Positions 1 through 10,559 of a stretch of DNA of 64,000 nucleotides are shown here, piece by piece (the first letter of the stretch is position 1; every line of letters starts with the position of its first letter). This DNA comes from Acidobacteriota bacterium (GTDB lineage: Bacteria; Acidobacteriota; CAIWXX01), in assembly GCA_040755995.1 (NCBI GenBank), contig JBFMAF010000027.1, positions 1 to 64,000 on the forward strand, written 5' to 3'. Made by a program: the position numbers and the translations under genes. The notes beneath the pieces are model-generated. The model saw nothing but the letters and a program-made list of their open reading frames with translations, made no database searches and was not told where the DNA came from.

Positions 1-326
1 CGCGCCACAGCGCTGCTCACCGCCGGTTCAGTACACAATACAATCCGACAATCAGGCCGCAATTCTCACTTTCAGCCCCGCTCTTGATCGTGAAAAGCAA
101 GCCCTAGCACAGCGCGACCGCTGACAAAAGTAGCAGCGCCGAAATTGTGGTCCAGGCTACCTTGGGATGCATAGTTTCCTCCTTCGTTGGTAGAATGCTT
201 CTCCAAAACTCCCAATCGGCTTAGGGTCCAGGTTGCGGCAGTCCCGCCCGTCATCGCATGAATGAAGGCATCCGTCCGCCTGTTTCTCGAACGTGACCTG
301 TACCTGCCTGCTTCTGTTGCTGTGAT

Positions 327-3300
327 TCATATCCAGTCACCGACGAGTTGGAACGCGGCCCAGTGGTAGGGATGTGAAGCAAACCTGGCCCTGGATTGGA
401 TCATGTCCACCTGGGCTTTCCTCAGGGCCTCGTCCTTGCTGCTTCCCGCCCTGAGATACTCGTAGAATCTCCCCATCAGCTCAGCGCTCGTCGCGTCGGA
501 GACATTCCAGAGCGATGCCACCACAGACCTGGCACCGGCATACTGGAATGCCCGCGTCAGCCCGATCAGACCTTCTCCACCGAGCTCCTTTCCCATGCCG
601 CTCTTGCAGGCCGACAGGGTCACCAGGTCCGTGTCTATCCGCACCTTCTCGATGATCTCCCAGGCCTGCAGCAGGCCATTGTCTTGTCCCTCCCGCGGGT
701 GGTCTGGAATGGTGAGCACAAGCGAGGAGTCCAGCGGGAAACGCTCGTCGTACATCCCGTGACATGCGTAGTGCAGGTAGCGCACGTCGCCGCCGATCGT
801 CTTGGCCTTCTCCTCGCTGGCTTCTTCGCCGAGGTACGTCAGCGCCCGGCCTGGGAAGACAGCGGCTATTCTCTCAACCTCTCTCCTGGTTGCCGGGAGC
901 GGTCGCAGGTCGAGGCCCCGGGTCAGGGAGTATTCCATTTCGGCATCCGGCCCGCCCTTCTCTGTGCGGGTCACGCGGGAGGGATAGAGTGGATCGCCAA
1001 ATGCAACGAGATCCACTGCTGCAGGCTTCTCGTGCTGGTCAGCCCGCATCCCGCGGAGCTCGGCGTATACCGTAGCTGAGATAACTTCGTGCAGTGGTTT
1101 CCACTCGGCGAAGTAGTGCCAGGGCCTGGAGGGGGATGGTCTCAAGCCGACTCTCGCAGCGGTTTCGGAAGCCAATGGCAAAGCGGAAAACGGTAACAGA
1201 TGCAACGGGCCGTCGGGACAGAGCAGGATCCGGGTGGCTGAGCCGATGAGGGGTTCCGCCGGTCGGAGCAGTTCCCTGTAAAGTGTCTTGCCGGGTCCGA
1301 TCAAAGCCGCCTCATCTGCGATTCCCTTCTCGGCCTGGCTGATCGCAGCCAGGAAGTCGCCGACCTGTCCCCGTAGGGTTTCGGAGTCGATCGGCAATGT
1401 GAACACTACCAGCCCGTGTGGAGGCATCCCGGGTTCGGAGGAACCCCTGACCTGGGGGGTCACGGCGAACAGGTAGGCTCTCTCGCCGGTGAGGCAGTAA
1501 GCCAGCAGAAGCGTGCCAGGGTCCAGAATGGTCCGCACTTGAGACAATGTCAACGGTCTGGGGCTGTGCAGTGAAGCCGAACGGGGGCACTTCTCCAGAA
1601 TTCTCCGGGCAACCTCCTCGCGTCTTGCGTTGGACTCCCGCATGTGATCCAGCAGGCTCTCGATCTTCGCCGAGTCTCCACTCGGATCGAGCTCTCGGAT
1701 CCGGGCTTGAGTCCGCTCATAGTCGGCGTCCAGCCTCTTCTGCTCCGAAATCAGTTCTCTGGGGACGTCGGCCAAAACCAGATCGCGTTGAGCGAGCATG
1801 GCGAGGAAGCCGGCAGCGCGAGACCTCTCGAGGGTGTGAAATGCCTCTGCCTCCCGATGGATTTCGATCGATTGCGCGATCGAATCTTTGTAGTAGTCGA
1901 TATGCCGTGCCGTGAAGGCGGCAGGGGCATCGCTAGTGCCACCGAGTCTTCCGATCTGGGACTCCAGAGCATCGATCGCTCTCGCGAAGTACTCCGCCGC
2001 GAGAGCCGGGCGCCTTGTGCTCCTGTAGACCATCGCCAGATCGTGCAGTGACTCGGCGTGCTCCGCACTCCTCGGCGCCAACCGCTCCCGAATGCCAAGC
2101 GCCTCGTTGTAGTAAGTCTCGGCAGCAACGTAGTGCCCGTGCAGGTACGAGATCAGACCGAGATCGTGCAGTGACACGGCGACGTCGAGACTGCGGGGGG
2201 CAAGCCGCTGCCTGATCGCCATCGCCTGCATCTCATAGGCTTCGGCGGTTCTCAGATCACCCTTCTTGATAGACACTTCGCCCAGGGCGCTCTTCACTCC
2301 CGCAACGGCCAGGCTGCCGGGGGCCAGCTTCTCACGGATGGCCAACGAGCGCTTCCAGTAGGCCTCCGCGGCCCTGACGTCTCCGTCTTCCATGGCAGCA
2401 ATGCCCAGCAACCTCAGGGCAAGGGCCACGTGCAGACTGCCGGGGGCGAGTCTTTCCCGAATGGCGAGGGACCGCTTCAGATAGTGCTCCGCCATCTGAC
2501 GAGAACCTCGGCGACTTGCGATCTCACCAAGACACTGCAGGATGCCGGCCACATCCAGGGTTTCAAGCGCCTGCTTCTCGTTGAGTAACAGGGCCCGTCT
2601 GAGGAGCTTCTCCCCAGTGGCGAGGTCGCCACGGTCGATCGCTGTCTGACCCAGATTGATGAGCGTGGGTGTGAGCTCGACGCTGTCCGGTGGCAGCAGC
2701 TCTTCGTACATCCACAGTGCGCGTCTGTGGTACTGTTCCGCCGATTCGAGATCTCCCTGCTCGGCGATAACCGTTCCCAGGTTCACAAGGTAGTCTGCCA
2801 GTTCCTTGGAGCCGGGTCTCAGTCCGCCCACCATTTCGACAACTCTCTTCAGGAGTGCCTCGGCTCTGGGCAGGTCGCCCCGATCTCGGGCCAGCAGCCC
2901 CAGCGTATTCAGCGATAGGGCCACGTCGAAGCTTACAGGATCCAGCTTCTCCTTTATCTCCAGAGACCGTGACCAAAGCCGGTCGGCCAGTGGGAAGTCA
3001 CCGCGCTTGTAGGCCACGGCGCCGAGGTTGCTAATGGTCCTCGCCAGCTCGACGGCCTCAGGAGCAAGCTTCTCGAGGATCGCGATGGCAGCCAGGAAGT
3101 TGCGTTCGGCGTTGTCCAGATCGTCTTTGCCATATGATATGCCGCCCGCGCTCATGTGCGAGTAACTCAGCTCGACGCTGCCCGGCGCGAGCCTCATCCG
3201 AATCCCAAGCGCCTGCTGGTGGAGCTTCTCGGCCTCCCGGAGCTCGCCCAGCTTGAACAGGTGGTTGCCCAGCTCGGCAAGGCGCCCAGCCAGAAGAAGG

Positions 3301-4301
3301 CTGTCCGGTGAAGCCCTCTGGACGACTTCCAAAGCGGTCTCGTACAGTTGCCTTGCCCTTATCAGCTCGTTTTGGCTCACCGCGGCCTCGGCCTGGCTCT
3401 TGAGTATCATGGCTTGGGCCGAGGTCACTTGGCTGCCCCTTGCTTGTCTCAGAGCCGTCTGGCACGCCCTCTCGGCCTCAGCCCAGCATCCCTGGCTGAT
3501 CCATGCCTTCGCAATCCTGAAGTTGATCCAGCACGCAAGTGACCCATCCCCTGCTTCTTCAGCCCTCTCCGCTATTCCTGACCAGAACGCTGTTCCCCTG
3601 TCGAGGTCTCCCGAACGGATCGCTGCTTTCCCGTCCTCGTATTCTCCCTGGGTTTCCCCCGAAAGCACCGACCGGACCTCGAACTTCCAGACTCCCATCG
3701 GGATATCTGCATCGAACGGCACACCTCCGCGTTTCCCCTGGACCCTGACAATGCCTCTTGGACTCTGCTCTACCCGGACCAGTTCCCAGTCCCAGGGCGA
3801 CTGCAGCACGCCCTCTGCGGAGTCCGGGTTAGCCGGCGGATTGGCGCAACGGTGCCATCTGAGCAGGATATCTTCGGGCTCGATACCGGCCCTCTCACCC
3901 GCGGTGGCCTTCCCCACCTCCTCGACTACCACCCCCACCCGGTCGGACTCCCACTGTCTGTCTTGCTCGTCAGCCCTCGCCGTCAGCAGTGCGCACACCG
4001 AAGCGACAGACGCCAAAGCGAAAGCGACAGCACCTCTCAACTCCTCCCCCCTTTGATTCCCCCTCAAAAAGCCGCGCTTGCCCGGACGGGGCCAGGCACC
4101 TCCTTCTCCAACCAAGGAAACGGGTGAGAGGCCGAGATTTCTGAAAGCCATGGTACCTGCCGGGCCGCATCGTCGAGCCTGGTCTCCGTAACAGGCTCCG
4201 CCAGCACCCCCTGTTTCAGAAAACCACCGGACCCACACGTCTGTCTCGGTGAGGACGGATGGAGATTTCAAACCACACTCACTACTGGGGAGATTGGGCA
4301 T
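327..4301 (-). CDS. PDZ-like + TPR-repeat + CHAT (caspase-like) domain protein, probably exported; true start likely downstream (e.g. ATG 4151)
   Basis: Hydrophobic segment AVAFALASVASVCALLTARA; PDZ-like GVVVEEVGKATAGERAGIEPEDILL; many TPR_12-like repeats; CHAT motifs ILLCPDGPLHLLPF, YLHYACHG (His), LVTLSACKSG (Cys), HPYHWAAF. Confidence 0.92.
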   Translation of the reverse strand: MPNLPSSECGLKSPSVLTETDVWVRWFSETGGAGGACYGDQARRCGPAGTMAFRNLGLSPVSLVGEGGAWPRPGKRGFLRGNQRGEELRGAVAFALASVASVCALLTARADEQDRQWESDRVGVVVEEVGKATAGERAGIEPEDILLRWHRCANPPANPDSAEGVLQSPWDWELVRVEQSPRGIVRVQGKRGGVPFDADIPMGVWKFEVRSVLSGETQGEYEDGKAAIRSGDLDRGTAFWSGIAERAEEAGDGSLACWINFRIAKAWISQGCWAEAERACQTALRQARGSQVTSAQAMILKSQAEAAVSQNELIRARQLYETALEVVQRASPDSLLLAGRLAELGNHLFKLGELREAEKLHQQALGIRMRLAPGSVELSYSHMSAGGISYGKDDLDNAERNFLAAIAILEKLAPEAVELARTISNLGAVAYKRGDFPLADRLWSRSLEIKEKLDPVSFDVALSLNTLGLLARDRGDLPRAEALLKRVVEMVGGLRPGSKELADYLVNLGTVIAEQGDLESAEQYHRRALWMYEELLPPDSVELTPTLINLGQTAIDRGDLATGEKLLRRALLLNEKQALETLDVAGILQCLGEIASRRGSRQMAEHYLKRSLAIRERLAPGSLHVALALRLLGIAAMEDGDVRAAEAYWKRSLAIREKLAPGSLAVAGVKSALGEVSIKKGDLRTAEAYEMQAMAIRQRLAPRSLDVAVSLHDLGLISYLHGHYVAAETYYNEALGIRERLAPRSAEHAESLHDLAMVYRSTRRPALAAEYFARAIDALESQIGRLGGTSDAPAAFTARHIDYYKDSIAQSIEIHREAEAFHTLERSRAAGFLAMLAQRDLVLADVPRELISEQKRLDADYERTQARIRELDPSGDSAKIESLLDHMRESNARREEVARRILEKCPRSASLHSPRPLTLSQVRTILDPGTLLLAYCLTGERAYLFAVTPQVRGSSEPGMPPHGLVVFTLPIDSETLRGQVGDFLAAISQAEKGIADEAALIGPGKTLYRELLRPAEPLIGSATRILLCPDGPLHLLPFSALPLASETAARVGLRPSPSRPWHYFAEWKPLHEVISATVYAELRGMRADQHEKPAAVDLVAFGDPLYPSRVTRTEKGGPDAEMEYSLTRGLDLRPLPATRREVERIAAVFPGRALTYLGEEASEEKAKTIGGDVRYLHYACHGMYDERFPLDSSLVLTIPDHPREGQDNGLLQAWEIIEKVRIDTDLVTLSACKSGMGKELGGEGLIGLTRAFQYAGARSVVASLWNVSDATSAELMGRFYEYLRAGSSKDEALRKAQVDMIQSRARFASHPYHWAAFQLVGDWI

Positions 4302-4881
4302 GCAAGCACATCATCTATGGAATCCAGATATCGAAGAAGGGCGGGCGCCGATCGTGCGACCGGCGCTGTCGCCGACTGAACAGCCACCTGCTTGTGCAGC
4401 GCCTGGGTTGACCGCGAAGAAGGTCTTTCGCCATCCGGTACGGCGCTGCGCCCCAGCGACGGAACCGAGCCGCCGGCGAATCCTGGTCGTCGACGACCAG
4501 GATACGATCCTGAGCCTGCTGAGTGACTACCTGTCGCTGAAGGGCTTCGACGTGCGAGCTGCGCAGACGACCCCGGAGGCCCTGGCGTGCATTGAATCAT
4601 GGTCACCGGACCTCATTCTGACCGATGTGCAAATGCCATGTGGAGGCGCGGCGAAGATCCTGGACTATCTCGATGGCAGAACGGCACGCCCGTTCGTGCT
4701 GCTGATGACCGGAGCCGAGCTGGGATGGGCGCAGCAGGTCGTGCGCGAGGGCCGGGCAGAGGCTGCTCTGCAGAAACCTCTCCAGCTCAAGGTGATTTCA
4801 GACACAGTGACTCACATCAGAACCTGGACTTCTCACTGGGCGCGAGGCTTCGACAGTCGTGAACCCAAATGGACCGGCTGA
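4300..4881 (+). CDS. Single-domain response regulator (CheY-like receiver); start uncertain
   Basis: ILVVDD, DLILTDVQMP (phosphoacceptor Asp), LMTG and LQKP motifs. Confidence 0.8.
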   Translation: MQAHHLWNPDIEEGRAPIVRPALSPTEQPPACAAPGLTAKKVFRHPVRRCAPATEPSRRRILVVDDQDTILSLLSDYLSLKGFDVRAAQTTPEALACIESWSPDLILTDVQMPCGGAAKILDYLDGRTARPFVLLMTGAELGWAQQVVREGRAEAALQKPLQLKVISDTVTHIRTWTSHWARGFDSREPKWTG

Positions 4882-4958
4882 AGCATGACTCGATGGCCGT
4901 CGCGAGTCGGTGGGGAGTGGCTGGTTCGATTGGATCAAATGAATAGGAGGCATATCTC

Positions 4959-7900
4959 ATGAAATCGATCGCACGCATGGCCACGGCACTCGTGGTCTCA
5001 CTGGGGCTGACTGGCGCTCACTGGGCCGCTCCGCCGGGCCGCAAGACCGAGGACATCGGCAAGCCGCAGAAGATCCTGGTGAGATTCAAGTCGGGTGTGG
5101 AGTTGGAGTCGGCACGGGGTATCACGAGCGGCGTGGGCGCTCGCATTCTCAAGAGCTTCGAGATCGTCGACAACCTCCACGTTCTGGAAGTGCCCGCAGG
5201 CGCCAGAACGGAGTCGGTCCTGGCGGAGCTCAGGAAGAGCGCGGATGTACTCTACGCCGAGCCGGACCGGGCGAGAGTGGCGTACGCTGTACCCAATGAC
5301 CCACGGTTCAACGAACTCTGGGGGATAACCAAGATCCAGGCGCCGGAGGCGTGGGACACGATCCAAGGAAGCGATCAGGTGGTCGTGGCCGTGATCGACA
5401 CCGGGATCGACTACGATCACGAAGACCTGGCCGCCAACATGTGGACGAACCCCGGTGAGGTTCCGGGGGATGGGATTGACAATGATGGCAACGGGTACGT
5501 CGATGACATCCACGGGATCGACCCAGTGGACAATGACTCGGACCCGATGGACACCAGCCAGTGCGAGCACGGCACTCATGTATCCGGGACGATCGGGGCT
5601 GTCGGGAACAACGGCATCGGGGTAGTGGGGGTCAACTGGGTTGTGCGACTGATGGCCCTCAGGGCAGGCCACTACTCTTCCGCAGACCAGAACTGTGTGC
5701 TGGAGGACTCCGACGTGATCGAGTGCTTCCAGTATGTCGCAGCGATGAAGGATCGCGGCGTGAACCTCGTGGCCGTGAATGCCAGTTTTGGAGGAATTGG
5801 CTACAGCCAATCGTACTATGATGCAATCGAGCAGAGTCTCACTCGCAAGGGAATCCTCCTGGTGGCCGCAGCCGGCAATGACATACCTGGATGGCCTGAT
5901 GTCATGGACAACGATATCCAGCCGAGCTACCCCGCCAGCTACTATCTTCCGAACGTCATTTCGGTCATGGCGACGACTTCTGGCGACGCAAGACCATCCT
6001 GGTCCTACGTCGGCGCTCACAGCGTGCACGTCGGTGGCTGCGGCGGGAGTGAGACGCTCAGCACCGTCCCGGGCAACGGGTACGAAAAGCGACACTGGAT
6101 CGGCACATCGATGGCCGCTCCGCATGTTGCAGGTCTGGTGGCACTCCTCAAGGCCCAGGACTCCAGCAGAGACTGGAAGGCGCTGAAGGCTTTGGTCATG
6201 TCAGGGGGCGACCGGGTTTCCGGGACTCAGTCGAATTCGATCTCCGGGAATCGGATCAATGCTAACGGCTCGGTGAACTGCAGCGGCCGGACTGTCCTGA
6301 ACCGGCTCCTCCCGCGAACCGACCTGTTCCTCGGCACGCAGGAAGCCACACGGTTATCCGCAGTGAGCGTCATCTGTGACCAGCCGAATCCGGGCGCGGG
6401 CATGGCAGTGACCACCCCGGAGGGGCAGGTCCACCTGGCCGACAACGGGAACGCCGGCGACATGGCAGCGGCAGACGGGATTTTCACTGGAAGCTATGCG
6501 GCTCCACGATTTCCGGGTACCTACGCGCTCGGCTTCCCAGGCAATGACCCGGTGATGCTGTATGCGCTCGACGGGTACGACTACTCCGTCGTCCCATACC
6601 AATACGAATCAACCTCGGGCGGCACTGCATACCTGGCAGGAGCGGACGAAGCGAGTCGAACACTGACCACCCCCTTCCCCATAGTGTTCGGCGGCGTGCG
6701 TTTCACGCAGCTCACGGTGACACCGAACGGTGTAATCGTGTTGGGACAGTATCGGCTCGTGGACGCCTATCCGCTGCCGATTCCTCCTCCGGTGGACGAA
6801 GACGTCGATGGATGGGATGCGGTAATAGCTCCCTTCTGGGACGACCTGGAATTCGCACGCACCAATTCCGCCGTATACGCCGCAACAGCCGGGGCGGCCC
6901 CGAGCAGGAAGTACATCATCGAATGGCGCAACGTCCATCCCTGGACTCCGGCCAACGAATGCACGAGCGAGACCCTCACGTTCCAGGTCGTCTTCACCGA
7001 AGGATCCAATGACGTTCTCTTCAACTATCAAGATGCCAGCGTTGCGGGTGCCTGCGCCGATCATGATCGCGGCGGACTTGCGAGCGTGGGCATCCTCGTG
7101 GGGCGCCACACGGGCACTCAGTTCAGCTATCAGTCGCCGGACCTCTCAGACGGTATGTCGATTTTGTGGCGAGGCAACTGCGCGGCGGTGTCGGTCTCCC
7201 CTGAGGAATTGCCTGCGGCGACGGCAGGACAGGCCTACAGTCAGGTGATCACGGCGCAAGGAGGTACGCCGCCGTACACCTTCTCGCTGGCCGCCGGTTC
7301 TCTCCCTCCTGGCATGACACTGAGTGCGCGGTCTGGCGCGCTCGCAGGGACGCCTGCTAACTCGGGCCAGTACGAATTCACCGTGTCGGCCCAGGATGCC
7401 ACCGGATGTTCCGGCTGGCGGGACTACACCCTGAGCGTCGGTTGTACGCCCATCGCGGTCCTGCCGCAATTGTTGCCTGCCCCCAGCTTGGGACGGGCTT
7501 ACAGTCAGCAGATCACCGCGCAAGGCGGTACACCGCCCTACGCTTTTTCGCTCACAGCCGGTTCACTGCCTGCCGGCATCACACTGAATACGCAATCAGG
7601 CGAGCTCTCCGGCACTCCGCGCAACCCGGGTGCATCCCATTTCACGGTGTCAGTCCAAGATGCCATGTCATGCTCCGGCCACCGGGACTACGTTCTTGCC
7701 GTCAGCGAAGGCTGCTCGACCACGGTTAGCCCACCGGTGCTGCCACCGGGGACCGTAGGGGTCGCGTACGAACAGACGATTGTGGGGAGCGGCAACACGC
7801 CTCCATACTACTACCTCGTGCCTCCCGAGACACCGCTGCCTCCGGGCCTCAACCTTGATCCGATGTCGGGCGCGCTCGCCGGCGTTCCGACTGCCGAGGG

Positions 7901-9950
7901 GAGCTACACCTTCTGCGTTCAGGTGATGGATGGACGGTTCTGCTCGGTGTATCAGCCCTACATCCTGGAGATCGGCCAGCCCTGCGTCGCGCTGAGTTTG
8001 ATGCCGGAAACACTGCCCGCCGGTGCCGTCGGCCTCGCCTATTCGCAGATCGTATCTGCCGTCAACGGCACAGCCCCGTACACTTACGCCGTCACGTCCG
8101 GGGCATTACCCGACGCGCTGGCGTTGTCTCCGGGCACTGGCGAAATCTACGGCACTCCCACCGCCGAGGGGACCTTCTCATTCACAGTTACGGCTACTGA
8201 TTCCCTGTCGTGCGCCGGCAGTCGCCAGTACACGATAGAAGTGGCGTCGTGTCCTACAATTGTAGTAAATCCGCAGACACTTCCGGATGGCGCCGTCGGC
8301 ATCGAGTACAGTCAGACGATTGCTGCATCCGGCGGGACACCGCCGTATGCCTATCTGGTATCCGGAGGCGGTCTGCCGCCCGGCCTGGCACTTGACGCGG
8401 TCGGCGGCACTATCGCGGGCAGACCTGCGGCCGAGGGGACGTACTCGTTCACGGTCGCCGTCTACGACAACAGGATCTGTTCGGCCACCCATGACTATGC
8501 GATCAAGATCGATCCACCACCGTGCCCCCAGATCGTGGTCGGTCCTACGACCCTGCCGGCGGGTACCGTCGGCACGGTCTATTCGCAGACCATCTCCGCC
8601 GGTGGTGGCACGGCCCCATATGTCTACGCCATCACGGGAGGTGCCTTGCCTCCGGGGCTTGAGCTCGACCAGACCACCGGTGTCGAGTCGGGCACGCCCA
8701 CGATCGAGGGCCACTTCACCGCCGAGATCACGGCTACTGACGCCGCTCTGTGCACGGGAGAGCACGCCTATGCCATCGACATCAACACGGCGCCTTGCCC
8801 GGCGATCATAGTTGGGCCTCTTACGCTCGCTCCGGCGATTCTGAACCAGGGCTACGCTCAGGCCATATCCGCAGAGGGCGGCACGGCGCCCTATCACCAC
8901 GCCGTGACCGCCGGTGCGTTGCCGTCATGGCTGACCCTCGACGCTGACAGCGGGCTTTTGTCCGGGACCCCGACCGCCTTGGGAAGCTCCGCGTTCACCA
9001 TCACGGCCACCGATTCGAAGAGCTGCTCAGGCAGCCAGACCTACACGTTAGACGTGCGCTGTCCCGCGCTGGGCGTGCTCCCTGACGCCTTGCCGGCCGG
9101 GACCGTGGGTCTGCTCTATGATCAGCAGCTCACGGTCAATGGCGGGGCCGGGCCCTATGTCTTCGCCGTCAGCGCGAGTGCTGTTCCGCCCGGCCTCTCT
9201 TTCTCGCCGGCGGGACGCATCTGGGGCAGTCCCGCGACTGTGGGGAGATTCACGTTCATTGTTACGGCGACGGACAGAGACTCCTGCACTGGAACCAAGA
9301 CGTACTCGCTCGACGTCAACGACGTGCCATGTCCGCCGATAGCAGTGTTGCCGGGGATTCTGTCCGACGGAAAGGCCGGAGTGCCTTACAACCATCAACT
9401 CTCGGCATCCGGGGGTACGGCGCCATACGCGTTCGCATTATCTTCAGGGGCGATGCCGGCCGGACTGGTGCTCGATCCGAACGGCGCTCTCACTGGCACG
9501 CCCACCACCGCAGGCGTCTTCGCCTTCGTCATCACGGCGACGGACGCAGCCGGATGCCGCGGCTCCCAGGCTTATACGGTCACGATCGCGACCGGCGTGG
9601 CTATGCCTGACCTCACCACTCTGGCCGGTGCCAGAGCCAGGCTATCGGCAGATGGCAAGGATGTCTCGGTCAGATTCAAGGGCATCAATCAGGGCAATGC
9701 AAGGGCCGGCAGGTTCGCGGTCAGTGTCTACCTGTCCAGGGGCCCAACTCTCGGTAGCAAGTCCAAGCTGGTCTACACCAAGACGGTGAGCCGACTGGGA
9801 GCTGGGGGCAGCACGAAAGTGATGCGATGCGGCTACACCGGCGGGAGCTCGCTCGCCGGGATGTACATCATCATTCGGTTTGACCCAACGAACTCGGTCG
9901 CCGAGAGCGACGAGTCCAACAACACGTTGTCACTCCAACTATCCCACTAG
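4959..9950 (+). CDS. Secreted S8 subtilase with prodomain, nine Ig-like (He_PIG-type) repeats and a C-terminal CARDB-like domain
   Basis: AGGAGG RBS; signal peptide; triad VAVIDTG / EHGTHVSG / GTSMAAP; LADNG..GD..AADGIFTG motif; nine LPxxxxGxxYxQ...GGTxPY...LPxGL repeats; VAESDESNN. Confidence 0.93.
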   Translation: MKSIARMATALVVSLGLTGAHWAAPPGRKTEDIGKPQKILVRFKSGVELESARGITSGVGARILKSFEIVDNLHVLEVPAGARTESVLAELRKSADVLYAEPDRARVAYAVPNDPRFNELWGITKIQAPEAWDTIQGSDQVVVAVIDTGIDYDHEDLAANMWTNPGEVPGDGIDNDGNGYVDDIHGIDPVDNDSDPMDTSQCEHGTHVSGTIGAVGNNGIGVVGVNWVVRLMALRAGHYSSADQNCVLEDSDVIECFQYVAAMKDRGVNLVAVNASFGGIGYSQSYYDAIEQSLTRKGILLVAAAGNDIPGWPDVMDNDIQPSYPASYYLPNVISVMATTSGDARPSWSYVGAHSVHVGGCGGSETLSTVPGNGYEKRHWIGTSMAAPHVAGLVALLKAQDSSRDWKALKALVMSGGDRVSGTQSNSISGNRINANGSVNCSGRTVLNRLLPRTDLFLGTQEATRLSAVSVICDQPNPGAGMAVTTPEGQVHLADNGNAGDMAAADGIFTGSYAAPRFPGTYALGFPGNDPVMLYALDGYDYSVVPYQYESTSGGTAYLAGADEASRTLTTPFPIVFGGVRFTQLTVTPNGVIVLGQYRLVDAYPLPIPPPVDEDVDGWDAVIAPFWDDLEFARTNSAVYAATAGAAPSRKYIIEWRNVHPWTPANECTSETLTFQVVFTEGSNDVLFNYQDASVAGACADHDRGGLASVGILVGRHTGTQFSYQSPDLSDGMSILWRGNCAAVSVSPEELPAATAGQAYSQVITAQGGTPPYTFSLAAGSLPPGMTLSARSGALAGTPANSGQYEFTVSAQDATGCSGWRDYTLSVGCTPIAVLPQLLPAPSLGRAYSQQITAQGGTPPYAFSLTAGSLPAGITLNTQSGELSGTPRNPGASHFTVSVQDAMSCSGHRDYVLAVSEGCSTTVSPPVLPPGTVGVAYEQTIVGSGNTPPYYYLVPPETPLPPGLNLDPMSGALAGVPTAEGSYTFCVQVMDGRFCSVYQPYILEIGQPCVALSLMPETLPAGAVGLAYSQIVSAVNGTAPYTYAVTSGALPDALALSPGTGEIYGTPTAEGTFSFTVTATDSLSCAGSRQYTIEVASCPTIVVNPQTLPDGAVGIEYSQTIAASGGTPPYAYLVSGGGLPPGLALDAVGGTIAGRPAAEGTYSFTVAVYDNRICSATHDYAIKIDPPPCPQIVVGPTTLPAGTVGTVYSQTISAGGGTAPYVYAITGGALPPGLELDQTTGVESGTPTIEGHFTAEITATDAALCTGEHAYAIDINTAPCPAIIVGPLTLAPAILNQGYAQAISAEGGTAPYHHAVTAGALPSWLTLDADSGLLSGTPTALGSSAFTITATDSKSCSGSQTYTLDVRCPALGVLPDALPAGTVGLLYDQQLTVNGGAGPYVFAVSASAVPPGLSFSPAGRIWGSPATVGRFTFIVTATDRDSCTGTKTYSLDVNDVPCPPIAVLPGILSDGKAGVPYNHQLSASGGTAPYAFALSSGAMPAGLVLDPNGALTGTPTTAGVFAFVITATDAAGCRGSQAYTVTIATGVAMPDLTTLAGARARLSADGKDVSVRFKGINQGNARAGRFAVSVYLSRGPTLGSKSKLVYTKTVSRLGAGGSTKVMRCGYTGGSSLAGMYIIIRFDPTNSVAESDESNNTLSLQLSH

Positions 9951-9965
9951 GCGTCGCCGCTCAGA

Positions 9966-10011
9966 GGCCCGGGTCGCGGACACCACCCCCCCTTCAACCG
10001 CGACCCGGGCC
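9966..10011 (+). terminator. Hairpin after the S8 gene (terminator or stabilising stem)
   Basis: Perfect 14-bp inverted repeat GGCCCGGGTCGCGG / CCGCGACCCGGGCC with 18-nt loop, 15 nt after the stop; no strong U-tract. Confidence 0.55.
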
Positions 10012-10051
10012 GTTCTCGCACGAATAGCGATAAGGAGGTCTTGAAGGAGTC

Positions 10052-10495
10052 ATGTTGCGCAGGCGTGTAGGTCGGTCAACGCGGTGGCATCGTATCGTCC
10101 CTTTGTTCCGTTTGGGAACCTCGCGGGCTCAGGGTGCACCGCTGGAGGGTTCTCACTCGGGTCAGGAGTTCTCAATCCGGCCCGGAACTGCCTGGGCATC
10201 CAGTTGGCCTGGTAGTGCCGGGCGCGCAGGAGTGCAGTGCGGGACGAGCCTCTCGCCCACGCTGCCGTTGCTCCTGATCCTCTGCGCCAATGCCGCCGCT
10301 CAGGCGCCGGCACCCATGCACAGGTTCTGCATGCAACCGGCATTCGTCCAGACTACAGTCCAACCCAACATACTGATGATTGTGGACAACTCCGGTTCCA
10401 TGTTCCAATTCGCATACGACAATGCATTCATGCCGCCTCCATATTCGCCGATTCCCGCGCGACTAGCCTCGGGTGCGTCACGTCGAACTGGTTAA
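10052..10495 (+). pseudogene. Truncated N-terminus of a PilY1-like type IV pilus adhesin
   Basis: Signal-like LPLLLILCANAAA followed by MHRFCMQPAFVQTTVQPNILMIVDNSGSMFQFAY, resembling the PilY1 vWA start; ORF ends shortly after. Confidence 0.55.
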
Positions 10496-10559
10496 CGATG
10501 ACACGGACGCGGTTGGGGTGCTGCTGGCATCCAGGCCGCCTCGGGCGCACCGAAGTCAG

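Noticed and set aside
72..254. 60-aa minus-strand ORF at the window edge
   Set aside because: No motif or clear RBS, and the context is truncated.
10205..10218. TGGCCTGGTAGTGC as a sigma54 promoter
   Set aside because: GG-to-GC spacing is 9 rather than the required 10.
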